Positions 36,499-48,712 of a stretch of 48,784 bases of DNA are shown here, piece by piece. Made by a program: the position numbers and the translations under genes. Under the pieces are notes generated by a model that was not told the origin of the DNA, ran no database searches, and saw only the letters and a list, made by a program, of their open reading frames with translations. Every line of letters starts with the position of its first letter. Positions within the stretch are counted from its first letter, which is position 1. The stretch is from Ministeria vibrans ATCC 50519. Its lineage: Eukaryota > Protista > Filasterea. The stretch spans positions 1 through 48,784 of the forward strand of contig CALSCP010001788.1 of assembly GCA_943704425.1 (NCBI GenBank). Direction: 5' to 3'.

Positions 36499-39275
36499 AT
36501 GAGCGTACGGTGCCACACATGCCTCCGCACCACTGACCCCCCCCCTGCTCTTTTTCTGTGTTGCTCCCTGTCTTAGCAGTCTCCGCCCGACGACGATCTC
36601 GAAGCACAGCTCCTCGCCGCCGAGCAGCATGGTCCGTCGCACTCTCACTCGCTTCCTCTCCTCATCACTCCCACACCCACCCACACACACACACATTCTC
36701 TTTCTCCCTCTCTCCTTTTTTTTCTGTTTGTTTCGTAACGTTTTTTTTTTCTCTCATCCGTATTTCAGCTCAAACGGACCCATCGCTTGTGGACGGCGCC
36801 GACGACGACAACGACGACGACTTCAAGGTAGACGACAACTTTGTGACAGTCAAGAGCCGTGGCGCGCAACGTCGCGAAACCAAGTCGTCGCAGTTGGCGG
36901 CTGAGGCGGCGCAAACGTCGCGACTGCCTGGCGCTGAACATGTCAATCTGGCGGCGCTCTGGACGGCCGACGACGGCGCCGCGTCCCTCGGCTTTGCGTC
37001 CTCTGGCAGCATCTGGGGAACTCCATCCTTGTTCAAGAGTGCCGAGGCGCGCGAAGAGGAAACGCGACGGCTTCGCGAGGCACACGAAAAGGACCGAATG
37101 AAGCGCGAAAAGGACTTGGCTGAGGCTGCCGCGGCAGCAGCCGCAGCCGCTGCAGTTGCTGCGACCCCACCTACATCAACAGCTTCCCCTGCACCCTCCA
37201 CCGTAGCACCCACTAGCCCAACTCCCACCGAACCCGAAACACTCGCAGATTCTGTCAAAGATTTGTTTGAAAAGGCACCCGTTGCACAGGCGGCAGTCTC
37301 ACACCAACAACAACAACAGCAGCAGCAGCAGCAACAACAACAACAACAACAACAACAACAGCCACGCACCGTCGAGGAACTGGTGCGCATTCAGCAAATG
37401 GTGGCACACAGTCAGCGATCAGGCCTCGAGCAACGCCTTGCCTTTGAGCGTCATCAGATTGAACAACAGCTCATGGCGACGCCTCCAATGCACCGCGAGG
37501 CACTCATGCGCAATCTCGTGCAACGGCAAGAGGCTATTCGTCGCGATTTTCTCGTGCACCTCATGCACTTTCAGGAGAACGAGTTACGTCGCTTCCGTTT
37601 CGACGTCGAGCACGGGCATGTCCCGCCCGTCCCCGCATCGGGTACACCCGACACAACGCCGCCCGTCGTGCCCGTCTCTGTGGCACCCACGCCCGCCGAG
37701 GCCGCCGCCATCACGTATGTCATTGACGCCAACACCGGTCTGCCCCAGCACCCAGACCCGTCCCATCCGGCGCTGGCATCCGTCGTGCAGCCACCCCTCT
37801 CCGGTCGTTACCGCCAACAGTCGCTTATGACGCGCGGTGATAAGGACTTCATTGTTCGCGTACAATTGGCGCAACTGCGCTCGGACAACCCCTACGTCGA
37901 CGACTTCTACTACCAGACTTACATGCTCAAGAAGAACCGCGTCTTTGCCAAGGGTGTCGTCATCCCCCCAACCGATGGCACCGCCCACCCGCACCACGGC
38001 CCGCGCACCCTCGTCCACCCTGCGCACCCCGAGAAGACCCTCGGACGTCTCACTACTTACAATCTGCGCACTCCTCGCCAGATCATCGACACGTCGGGTC
38101 CCGCTGCCGACGAGCCCGTCTCCGAGGCCGACGCCGTCCAACGCGCCCTTGCCAAGCGCCGTCGTCTCCTCGCCACCATTGAGCGCCTCTACGCCCTCGT
38201 CATTGAGATGGAAGACCACGCTAAGAGCGCCAACGCCCAGCCCGTCGACAAGCGCCAGCCTTTCTACGAGAAGCGTACCCTCCTCTTCAACGAGGCCTTT
38301 CTTCTTCTTGACATTCCCGAGCAGGGCCACGAAACAACGTATCATCAAAAAAATAACCAAAAAAAATAACCAAAAAAAGAAAACCGGCATTTTAATAGTT
38401 ATTATTATTATTATTATTATTTTCGCAGATCGCTTTTCAACGAGATTGTTTCGGTGTGCAAGGGGCGTCGTGTGCTGCATCGGCTGGTCATGCACGCACC
38501 GCCCGTTGCCGGCACCATCATCATCCGCGCATCGCTCGCGTGTGCCGCTGCCCTCGTCGCCGCATCGCCCGACGTCACCCTCTCCGATGAGGAGAAGGGG
38601 CTCATCAATGAGATTCTCACGCGCCACACCGCCATTGTGTTTGCTCGCAAGGCCGTGCTCTTCACGCGTGCCGCCGTTGTCGACTGCCTGACCGCCGTGC
38701 GCGAATCAGGCGCCGCTGTGGCTCTCCTGCGCGGCCGCTTTGGCCTCGAGGTCGTCTACGCTCTTTTTGTGCGGCTCATGGCTCTCAATGCCGAAGACAA
38801 GATTCCACACAACGCGTAAAACATAAGAACAAAAGAAAGAGACAGGGAGAGAAAGAGAGGAGAAAGAAACAAAGTGATAGAGAGCGAGAGAACGGCAGAG
38901 CAAACGATAACAAAAAACACCGTATAGGGAGAATGAGGTGGTGGAGCAGCTGTTTGTGTGCATTGAGTCGAGCCTGAGCGCCCTCGTGCATGCGGCAGGT
39001 GTTGCGTACAAGGGCAACTTTATGCCGGCTTGCGAGCTCTGCCGTGCCTTTGCGCGCCTTGCCCCGTCGACCATCCCGCGCATCCGCACACTCCTCCAGT
39101 ACGTACCCTCCCTCCCTTCCTCCCTCCTCCTCCCTCTCATCTACCATTGCCCTGTAGGGACATGGATATTCCCCCCATTCGCCAACTTCTTGTCACTCTG
39201 CCCGTCCTACCACAGCCACGACAGCCTGAGTCACAGTCCGATTCGCCTCAGCACGAAATCGAGACGGAAAATTAA
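36499..39275 (+). CDS. PAT1: Pat1 mRNA decapping activator (PATL family)
   Basis: SLMTRGDKDFIVRVQLAQL..DNPYVDDFYYQ, TLGRL..NLRTPRQII, LATIERLY, and polyQ. Predicted 6-nt first coding exon ATGAGC at 36499-36504; last exon ends TAA at 39275. Confidence 0.88.
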
Positions 39276-39298
39276 ATAAAAACCGAAAATAATACATT

Positions 39299-41219
39299 TT
39301 ACTTGACACTCCAACTGGCAACTATTTTCCGCTCGCGCACAAACACGCCGCACAGTGGTCGACACGCAAAGTATACATGTCCATTCACTGCGCCGCTGTT
39401 AGATCCCTCTACAATCCAATGTGGTGTCAGCTACACGACTCGTTTGTAGTAATACGTGTTCCTCATTCTTACTCGGCTCACACAACTCGATGCCAATCCA
39501 CACACCCGGCTTGAACTCCGTGTCGCCTACATAGCGCACGGTACCCTCGCGTCCGTCTCGCAGGCGCACCATCACCCCTTCACCCAGCGCACACTCTCGC
39601 GTGGCTGTGGTGCTCTCAACCGCACCCGTCCCACTTGACTCGCCCTCTTGGAGCACCTGCTGCACCCCGGCCAAATGGGCAACGCGTGCCTGCTCAGCCT
39701 CAAGCCGTCGCTCCACCACTCGTCGCAGTCCTTCCTCGTGTCGCAGCTTCCTCTCGAGTGCAAACAGCTGGTCGATGCTCACCATACCGCGCTGCACTCG
39801 CTTCATCTCCAGCTCACGTCGATCCCCCAGACCCACCTGCTCCTCTAGCATAGCCGTGCGGTGCTGAGCGCGCACCACTTCAATTTCAAGACGCCCCACC
39901 CGCTCCACCAGTCCGGCCCGTGCCGTCTCCACTGCCTGCAACTCACGCTGTAACACACCAATCTTGCTCTCTTGATCGCGACAGAGGAACAACAGCGTCT
40001 CCGTACACGACTCGTCTCCTCCCTCCACTTGATCCGCCTGCTCGCGCTCGCGATAGCCACGAAGAGCTGCCTCAAGGCGCGAAATGGTCGCGCGATGCCG
40101 CTCAAGCTGCGTTGCGTGCTGCTTCTGAACACTGGCCAACTGTCGAGCTGACGACTCGCGTTGTTGTTCGCCCAACTCAACAGCCTCGCGCGCTTCGGTC
40201 TGTGCCTCTTCTAAACGTCGCATAAAATTGGCACGCACCCTTCGAATCTCCTCGTCAGCATCGACCGAGCGCTCCCGCTCCCACTTCTCCGCCGCAGCAC
40301 GCAATTGTTGCTCGAAAGACACCTTACACTCGGCACGGACCCGTCGCACTTCTTCGTCAGTGTGAGCCGTGCTCTCCCGCTCCCACTTCTCCTCTAACGC
40401 GCGCCTTTGTTGCTCAAGAGATCGCTTACACTCGGTACGCACCCGCTGTACCTCGTCATCAGCTTCCGCAGTAAATCGAGTCCGCTCCCGTTCCCATTTC
40501 TCCGCCGCAGCACACATTTGTTGCTCAAGCAATACCTTACACTCGGCACGCACCCGTCGTACCTCCTCATCGGTGTTGGCCGTGCTCTGCCGTTCCCACT
40601 TCTCCGCCGCAGCATGCATTTGTTGCTCAAAAGCCACCTTACACTCGGCACGCACCCGTCGCACTTCTTCGTCGGTCGTGCGTCGTGTGTGCTCTCGTTC
40701 GTTGCGTTGCTCTTGTTGTGTCCTTTGCAGCTCTTCTCTGCTCGCATCGAGCTGCGCTTGTGCCGACTCACACTCGCGCTCAAGATGACTCGTGTACTCG
40801 CTCAATGACACGATCTGGTCGGCGCTCGTCTCGAGCGCACGACGGAGTTCCGCGCACGACTCCTCCAACGCTTGCTTCTCAGCATCCGCTCTGTCAACAT
40901 AGCGCTGCAACCGACGGACATTGTCGCGGACACTCGCCTCGACCGTCTCCGCCTTGTGCAGTTTAGACACAAGCGCCGACGACATGGGCGACAGCGGCGC
41001 CTGGGTGTTCATCAGCGTGACGCGCGCGACCGGATCCACCGGAGGAGTTTGTTGAGCCGAGTTTACAGACGGAAGCGACTCGTTCCTCGACTTCCGTTGC
41101 TTCGTCTCTGCCCCAGCCTGTGCATATCTCGCATGGTCATCTGCCGATGCGGAGGAGCGCTGAGAGAACTTTGCCAACACAGGGTCGTCGTCAAACAGCA
41201 CTCTTGACGTGCCGTCCAT
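39299..41219 (-). CDS. Coiled-coil protein with C-terminal CAP-Gly domain
   Basis: GTVRYVGDTEFKPGVWIGIEL, intron, KGSNSGAVNGHVYFAC..GVFVR; a long coiled coil; first ATG at 41219. Confidence 0.85.
40230..40680 (-). repeat. About 4.5 coding tandem repeats of 33-37 aa (DEEVRRVRAECKxxxEQQxxAAAEKWERE)
   Basis: Visible at both protein and DNA level within the CAP-Gly gene. Confidence 0.9.
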
Positions 41220-41488
41220 CCCCTGAAATCCCTCGCCAGTGACGCCACGCTTCACTTTGTCTGGTGTGCTGACTGCTGATACTCTCAGTTGACCAGAAAA
41301 GTACTGATAAATGATAAGATTATGAATTTTGATTGATAATAAAATAAATACAAAATATAAATCTCTAGTTTTTTTTTTGTTAAAAGTTCAGTTCCGCCAA
41401 CATCGAACATACCAGCGTAGTCTGCGGGGACGAAGTAGGGAGTGGGACGCGACTCGGGCACTTGGGTTTGGAAGATCGTGCATAGTTT

Positions 41489-44054
41489 ATGAAATCTTCC
41501 AAAAGTTCGACTGTTGAGAAGGCTCGAGAGGCGCGCCTTGAGCGCGAGCGGGCCCGTGAGCAAGAGCGCCATGCGAATGCAGCAAACAGCGCGGCGCCTC
41601 ATTTACAGGTGTGTGTGTGTGTGTGTGTGTTTGTGTGTGTATGTATGTATGTGTATGTGCATGTGTGTGTGTGTGCAAGAGAGAGAATTGAACTTTCATT
41701 CATAATAATTTATTATGTGTAGAAAGTCGTTCGAGGCTTTTTAGCGCGCCGTCGCCATCGTAGCGAGCTTCAGCAAGCGCTGGAGGCGTTTGTGTGTGGC
41801 GTGGAAGCGTCGACGACGGCGCCACCTCGACCGCTGGCGATTGCGAGTCACGTTGCAGTGCTGTTACGACTGGCTGAACTTGGAGAGGGAGCAGAGGGAA
41901 GGGAGCGTCTTGTGGTCGCCATGGGTCGCATTGTGGCGCACAGTCTGACGGGGTCGAACGTTTCGCTGTCGTACGCTGCGGCCGCTGCGACGCTTGGTGT
42001 GCGCTTTGTGCGACAAATGCGGCGACTGGTTGCCGTGTGTTTGCAGACGCTCGAGACTGTGTCGGAGGCGAACGCAGCGATTCTGCTTCGCGTGCTACTG
42101 ACGCTCACGACCAGTGATATGTGGGCGATTACGCGAACGGGTGCCGCACTAAAGGGCGCTTTTCGCACCATGTCGGCGTCTGCTCTGGCGACTCAGGCGG
42201 AACAAGCGATTGTGTCGTTTGGACGCTTCTTAGTTGGGCGACTTAGCCGCGAGAAGCCGACGCTGGATGCTGTGTCCTTGGCGGCCGCGTGTGCGCTTGT
42301 GACGCGAGCTCTACAGGGCAGTGCGGCGATGACGACGAGGGAGGAGGAGCGGCTTAATGGGGCTTTTGTGGTGCATGTGCTGTCTGTGCCGCTGCTGATG
42401 CATCACATGTTGAAGTCGCAGCGACAATTTGTTGAGCAGCAGTGGATTGTCGGGGCGGGATTGCTTCAGCGGGTGTTTGGTGTGCTGGTGGGGGAGCAGT
42501 CGCTGCGAATCACGTTCAACGCACTCGAAGGCAATGGTGCGCTTTGTCTGCTTGGCAATCTGTGTCAGTTGTATGGGACAGCGCTCGAGATGTCCGGTGA
42601 CTTTATTGCGGCACTCCCGACTGTGGACGACTTTGTGACGTTGACACAGCGGGTTTTGGCACACTGTCGAGGGTATGTGAGCAAGCGTGCAACAAACATG
42701 ACGAGTTTTCACGTGCTCTTTGGATGGTTCTCGGGCACGACGGAGCGGCAGCTGCAAGAGGCGTTGCCACTGGTCGCGTCGCAAATCCAGTCGCTGTGGA
42801 CGCCGCGCATGCTACGCGCAGTATTCGTAGACGTGTACACGGAGACGCAGGACCCACGCACGGCACCGGCTGATGCTGGATTCATCAGCGTGCCGGTATC
42901 GTCTACCACGTCGGTGGTATCGCGCCTTTTCGACACGCTGCGTTCGACACTTGGAGGCGAGGCGAGTGGTGGATCAGAGGGGAGTGCGGCAGCGGCGACG
43001 GCTCGTCGACGTCGTCTGGGCACACTGGACGCGCTTGCATGCATGCGTCTGCAGCGCGCTTGCTTGCTCTATATCACTGTTGTGAACACGTTGCCGAAGA
43101 TGCGACAAGAGTTGCTGAATGCGATTGCGTTTGCCGATTTGTTCCTGCTGCCGCGCTTGTGGCACTTTCTTGTGCGCATTGGGCCGCGCGGAGACATGCG
43201 TATTTTTTTGGATGCAACGGGTGTGCTGGAACGCGAGCCACTGCTGGACATTCTGTTGCTGTTTTTGGACACGACAGTGCATCTTGTGACGGTGCTGGAC
43301 GACGACGAGTTCTACGTCAAGCAGACGCCCTTTCGCCAATCGGACTTTTTGGGCATTTCGCGCTTCCTGCTGCACTTTGTTTTCAAGCTGGTGTGGCACG
43401 AGCGCGTAAAGCCTGACGAGGTGGGTGGTCACGGTGATGGGGCGACGACGGCGCTTCTGCTGAGTGCGCGACGCTTGCTGCGCGTACTGTACGACCGTGA
43501 CACACGACGCGCTTTTTGCCCTGCCGACCACTGGCTCATTCGCGACTTGCGGTCGGCCACGAGCGAGTTTGACACGGGCACGCCTCGGTCGCAGCTTGTG
43601 CTGCAGTGGATTCCGCAGACGATGAGTTTTCATCAGCGCGTGGCGCTGTTCCGTCGACTGGTGGAGCGCGACATGCGACTGCGGGTGCGCGACCAGAGCC
43701 AGAGTGCGCCGGTGAGCATTCGTCGTACAGCCATGCTGGAGGATGGTTTCCGCGGCCTTCAGGCCGCCTCGAGTGCCTTTCTGCGGGGTGCGGTGCGAGT
43801 GAAGTTTGTCAACGAGCAAGGCCTGGACGAGGCGGGTATCGACCAGCACGGCGTCTTCAAGGAGTTTCTCGAGGAGGTCATTACCCGCGCGTTTGATCCG
43901 TCGTTAGGGCTGTTCCGCGCCACTGCCGTCGATCAGCACCTCTATCCGTCACCCATGTCGTCCATCCACGAAAACCACCTGAATCTTTTCGAATTTGTTG
44001 GCAAAATGTTGGGCAAGGCCCTGTACGAAGGTACAACAAACAAACAAAACGAAA

Positions 44055-44119
<65 letters not shown>

Positions 44120-45628
44120 TGGGTGCAAGCAATATAAGGTATTGTGTGCCCTATTTCTGTAGGAATTGTGGTTGAAGTTCCATTCGCAATGTTTTTCTTG
44201 TCGAAAATGCTGGGGCGACAGAGCACGCTGGACGAGCTGCCGTCGCTGGACGGGGACCTGTACAAGCAACTCACGTTTCTCAAGAAGTACGATGGAGACG
44301 TGCGTGAGCTGGACCTGACCTTCTGCGTCGACGAGAGCCGCTTTGGCGTCATTGAGACGACGGATCTTAAGTTGGGGGGTGCTCACGATGTTGTGACGAA
44401 TGGTATGTCATTGAATGGTTGGCTGCTTATGATTTGGTTCTTTGTTTGCTTTGAGATTTGTTGTGTTTCATTTTTTCCATGTGTTTTCTTTTTTATTTTG
44501 TTTTTTTGTCTTCGTTTGTGTTTGCGTTTGATTTGTTTTATTTTAATTTGATTAAGTTTTTAGTTACTATTATTAATGTTATTGTTATTGTTATTGTTAT
44601 TGTAATTGTAATTGTAATTGTGATTATTATTATTATTGTATGTGCACTACTCATATTTGTCTTCTTCTATTGCATCGTAGAGAATCGCATCTTGTACATT
44701 CATCTGATGGCAGACTATCGCATGAACCGGCAGTTTGCGAAACAAAGCGAAGTGCGCTGCTTCCCTGAACGCATCAGTCACTCTAACTTTGCTCTCTTCT
44801 TTTCTAGGCATTCATTCGTGGGTTTACCAGTGTTGTCGAGCGAACCTGGCTCAATTTTTTTTCGGCGCCTGAGCTTCAGCGGCTCATCAGTGGTGACGCG
44901 CGTGCCTTTGACGTGGCGGAACTGCGGCGCAATGTCATTTACTACGGTGGCTACAGCGACTCTCACAGGGTCGTCCGGTGGCTCTTTGAGGTTCTTGTTG
45001 AGTTTGACGACAAACTACGCTCCGCCTTTCTTAAGTTTGTCACTTCGGTCAGTTTCATCAATGTGTGTGTGCGTCTGTGAGTGTGTATCTCATTCTATTC
45101 AAATACTATTGTATACCGAGTCACGGTGTGTGTGTATATGTGTGTGCGTGCGTGTGTGTGTGTGTGTTTGTCGTTTGGGGTGTGTCTTGTGCAGCTTTTA
45201 GTCTTTGTTTGCGTGTCTCGCGTAGCTCTTAGCTCTTAGTGGTGTTTATCGTGGGTTCATGTGCCTTTGAGGTTGCGTGTTTAATCTGCTTAGTGACTGT
45301 GGTGTGTATGTGTGTGTGTGCCTTACCCCCGTTGTGCGTTCTTTTACAGTGCTCCAAACCACCGATTCTGGGCTTCGGTCATCTCGAACCACGACTGGGC
45401 ATTCGATGTGTACACCCCGATGACAATGAGGACGATATTGTCAACACAACTCCCTCCGGCATTGTACGCGCGCTCTTCTCCTCGTCGTCTCGTGGCGAAA
45501 CCCGCCGCCTGCCCACCTCCTCAACTTGTTTCAATCTTTTGAAGCTCCCGATGTACAACTCCAAAAAGACGCTGCGCGAAAAGCTCATTGTGGCCATTAC
45601 AAGTGGCGCTGGTTTTGAGCTCAGTTGA
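41489..45628 (+). CDS. UBE3B: IQ-motif HECT E3 ubiquitin ligase, UBE3B type
   Basis: IQ-like [69 protein letters not shown]-stop; multiple GT-AG introns (first 41609-41722). Confidence 0.92.
44058..44117. repeat. About 60-nt poly-A tract in UBE3B intron
   Basis: Homopolymer run on the sense strand. Confidence 0.95.
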
Positions 45629-46047
45629 CTCGAGGGACTGTGCTTTTATTATTTTATGTATTACTTGGTTGTATAAACTAACTTTCCTCCTTTAAACGAA
45701 AGTTATGAGTCCCATCACTGATCACTCATCGGCTCATCGATCATCAGCATTAATAATTTATTCCTATCGCTTATCAGGTATCAGCACAGTCTGTCCAGTC
45801 ATCCTTTATACACAGCGATTTCGCAAGGCCGTATCGCCATGCAAAAAAAAAAGATTTTTGTTTTGCTATCCTGTCGGCAATGACACCCCGTTTAGTATTA
45901 TAACAATGCGCTGTATAGCTTGCATTATGCTATTGGTTTCAATCTGATTTTCCAAATCAGAATTTCAAAATGACTATTTGTAGCGTTTTACGGCCCAGAC
46001 CTTTCAGATGTCCAAGAAGCAAATCCGCATCTTGGATCTTCTAAGAT

Positions 46048-46147
46048 GCTTTCGTGGCGCAATCTTCTCTGGTTAGCGCGTCCGACTGTTATTACTCAAT
46101 AGTAACTGTTCATCGGGAGGTTGTAAGTTCGAGCCTTACCGAGAGCG
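46048..46147 (+). tRNA. tRNA-Asn(GTT) with a 20-nt intron (46092-46111) and an enlarged D-loop
   Basis: Acceptor GCTTTCG/CGAGAGC with G discriminator; D-stem GCGC/GCGC; anticodon stem TCCGA/TCGGG; GTT at 46088-46090; T-arm GTAAG-TTCGAGC-CTTAC. Confidence 0.92.
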
Positions 46148-46149
46148 TC

Positions 46150-46158
46150 TTTTTTTTT
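46150..46158 (+). terminator. RNA polymerase III oligo-T terminator
   Basis: T9 run starting 3 nt after the tRNA discriminator. Confidence 0.8.
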
Positions 46159-46560
46159 GTGTTCTTTTGTTTTCTTTTCTTTTTTTTCTTTTTTTTTTTT
46201 TTTCTTTTTCTTTATTAATTTTTTTTTTCTTTATTTTTTTTTTCGTTATTAATTCTCTCTCGTTCGCCTCAAAGTGAACCCTGATTCTCTCTAGGCCGTC
46301 TTTGCCTCTTGGGGCTTGGGAGTTGGGAGTTAGGAGTTGGGACTGAGTAGTAGAGTAAGTACAGGGACTCGGAGCCCCGGATGCTGAATTCCTGGTGAGC
46401 TCGCGGATATAACGGGTCATTTGCAGAGACGTATTAATATTATTTTATGATTATAATTTCTAGTAAATAAAAGGTGGCGGCCGCGAGACCTCGGCAGTCG
46501 GTAGAACAAAAAAAAAATCCTTCTCAAAAAGAACCCCCTCACGAATCATGATTGTATTTT

Positions 46561-48515
46561 TCACTCAGTCTCCTCATCGAGGTACTCAAAAGGCTCCGGC
46601 GGCGCTGGCTCACTGCCCGTGTCTGTCGTTTCGCCCTCGGCCTTGGGTGCCGTAAACTCAATCAACTCCTCCTCTTCGCCCGACTTTTTGTCGTCCACCA
46701 CAATCACACCGCAAAGACCATTCTCAAGCTACAAGAATAATAATAAAAAAAAAATCAATCGTTATTATAATAGAGAATAATACGTGCTGCAGTGGCAAGG
46801 CCGAAACAATACAAAATCCACACAGACACACACACACACACACACAAAAGTTTACCTTCACAATGGGAGCATAACGACAGTCGTCTGGGAACACAACGCA
46901 AGGCACTTGAGCGGGCACCACACGCGCCGGGTTGTCCAGCATAGTGAACGGAGCATTCTATAAAACTATTATTATGAAAAAACAAAATCTTTAAATTGCG
47001 GGTGCGCACCTTGGCCTGCTCCTCCTCCTTCTCCTTCTCCGCTTTCTTCTCGTCCGCCTCCTTTGCAGACTTTTTAGCGTCCTTCTCGTCGTCATCGCCC
47101 TCCTTTTTGCCGCTACCGTCCGCCGTCGCGACATCCATGGGAGCGGGGCCATCGTCTTTGGTGGGAGCGGCGGCGGCCGCCTTGCGTTCTCTGGCGCGCT
47201 TTGCCTTGTTCGTGATGGACAGCACGGCGGTCGAGACCTTTTCGCGCGTCTCTGTCTTGGGCGGCTCCATCTTGGGTGGATAGGCGTAAAGGGAGGCAGT
47301 CGCGTCGGAGCGCAGCTGCATCTTGGGCATTTTCAGGTCCTTGTTGAGGCACACGACGCAGGTGGGTGTGAAGGCGAGAGAAACAAAGTGCACGAGCGGG
47401 TGCCACGACCAGAATTGCGTCATGACCATAAGGCCCACGATGGAGGGTGCATGAAGCTGGCCACTTCGCGTCTGCAACGAAATGGTCACGTTGCGGCCGC
47501 CCGCATCCACAATGCCCTGCGCCACAATGGCGCCGAAACGTGCCATGGGGTCCTCGTGCTTATTTGTGATGACCTTGTCAAACGCTTTGCGGGTCGACAC
47601 GGCCTGCTTGCACTGCGCCTCGCTCTGCTGAATGACAATCATGGCCATGGCCATCATGGCGCCCTGGCGCACATAGTCGACCGAATCGGTCGAAAGTGGT
47701 TCCAAAAGGTTAAGCGCTTCCTTGAGACCTGTACCGGCACACGCAATGCCCAAGGCCATCGCGGACGCGTAGCGCACGTGCGGGTTGTAGCTCTCGCTGA
47801 GGAGCGACACGACCGCCGGACACTGCTGAGGGTCGCGTAGGAGAAGGAAGCCCAGGGCAATGATGGCGGCGCGGCGCACATCGTCGTCTGTGTCGGACAC
47901 GCCCACGTGAAGCAGCCGTCGGATCACCTTGTTGCTGGAGGTGCCGGCGTAGGCCATACCACACGAGTACATGGCGGCGCATCGCAGCAGTGGATCCTTG
48001 TCCGAGGCAAGTTGCTCAATGACCGTGTCGGCGCCTTCGGCACGCGCGTACGTGCACATGGAAATGCCCACGGCAAGGCCACGAATGATCTTCTCGTGCT
48101 GCGTCTCGTGCGCATACGAAATCATCTCTTCCAGTGCCGTGCCATCCATCGAGCCAAGCATGACAAGGCCCATGGCAATACCCGCTGCCTCACCCACATT
48201 GGCGCCGTCCGTGAACAGCGCGTCCTTCAGCGCACCGTACGCTGTTGCATCGTTGGTACCCATGGCCGCACAGCCAATGCCAAGACAGGCTCCGTGTTGA
48301 ACCACTTCGTTGTTGTTGTCCGGAGCGACCAAGTGTTCAATAAGAGTCGACACAATGTTCTGCAAGGAAAAGAAGAGAGAAAAGGAGAGAGAGATTTTTT
48401 TGTTATATTTTGTTGCTGCGGTCTCCTTTATTGGTTGTTTGTGCGTTGCAATACCTTGCCGTTGTTGGCATGGATAAGACCAAGCGCATAAAGAGCTCCA
48501 CCATGCGCATAAGGA
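46561..48515 (-). CDS. PSMD1: 26S proteasome regulatory subunit Rpn2, 5'-partial (continues beyond the window)
   Basis: [61 protein letters not shown]-terminal EPEPPEPFEY; stop at 46563-46561. Confidence 0.97.
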
Positions 48516-48580
48516 CTGCAAAAAATAGGAACATTATTAAATCTCATTGCCATTCAAGACAAAATTATAATAAGAATCAC

Positions 48581-48632
<52 letters not shown>

Positions 48633-48666
48633 GTTATTATTATTATTATTGTTATTATTATTATTA

Positions 48667-48711
<45 letters not shown>
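48581..48711. repeat. (TAT)n microsatellite in RPN2 intron
   Basis: About 43 TAT/TGT units. Confidence 0.95.

Positions 48712-48712
<1 letters not shown>

Noticed and set aside
44058-44117. Poly-A tract as a retroposon tail
   Set aside because: No element body or target-site duplication; A- or T-rich tracts occur in many introns here.
45620-45850. C/D box snoRNA or U6-like fragments on the minus strand (TGATGA; GCATGGC; AAGGATGAC)
   Set aside because: No ACAGAGA box, wrong spacing, and the D box would overlap the UBE3B coding end.
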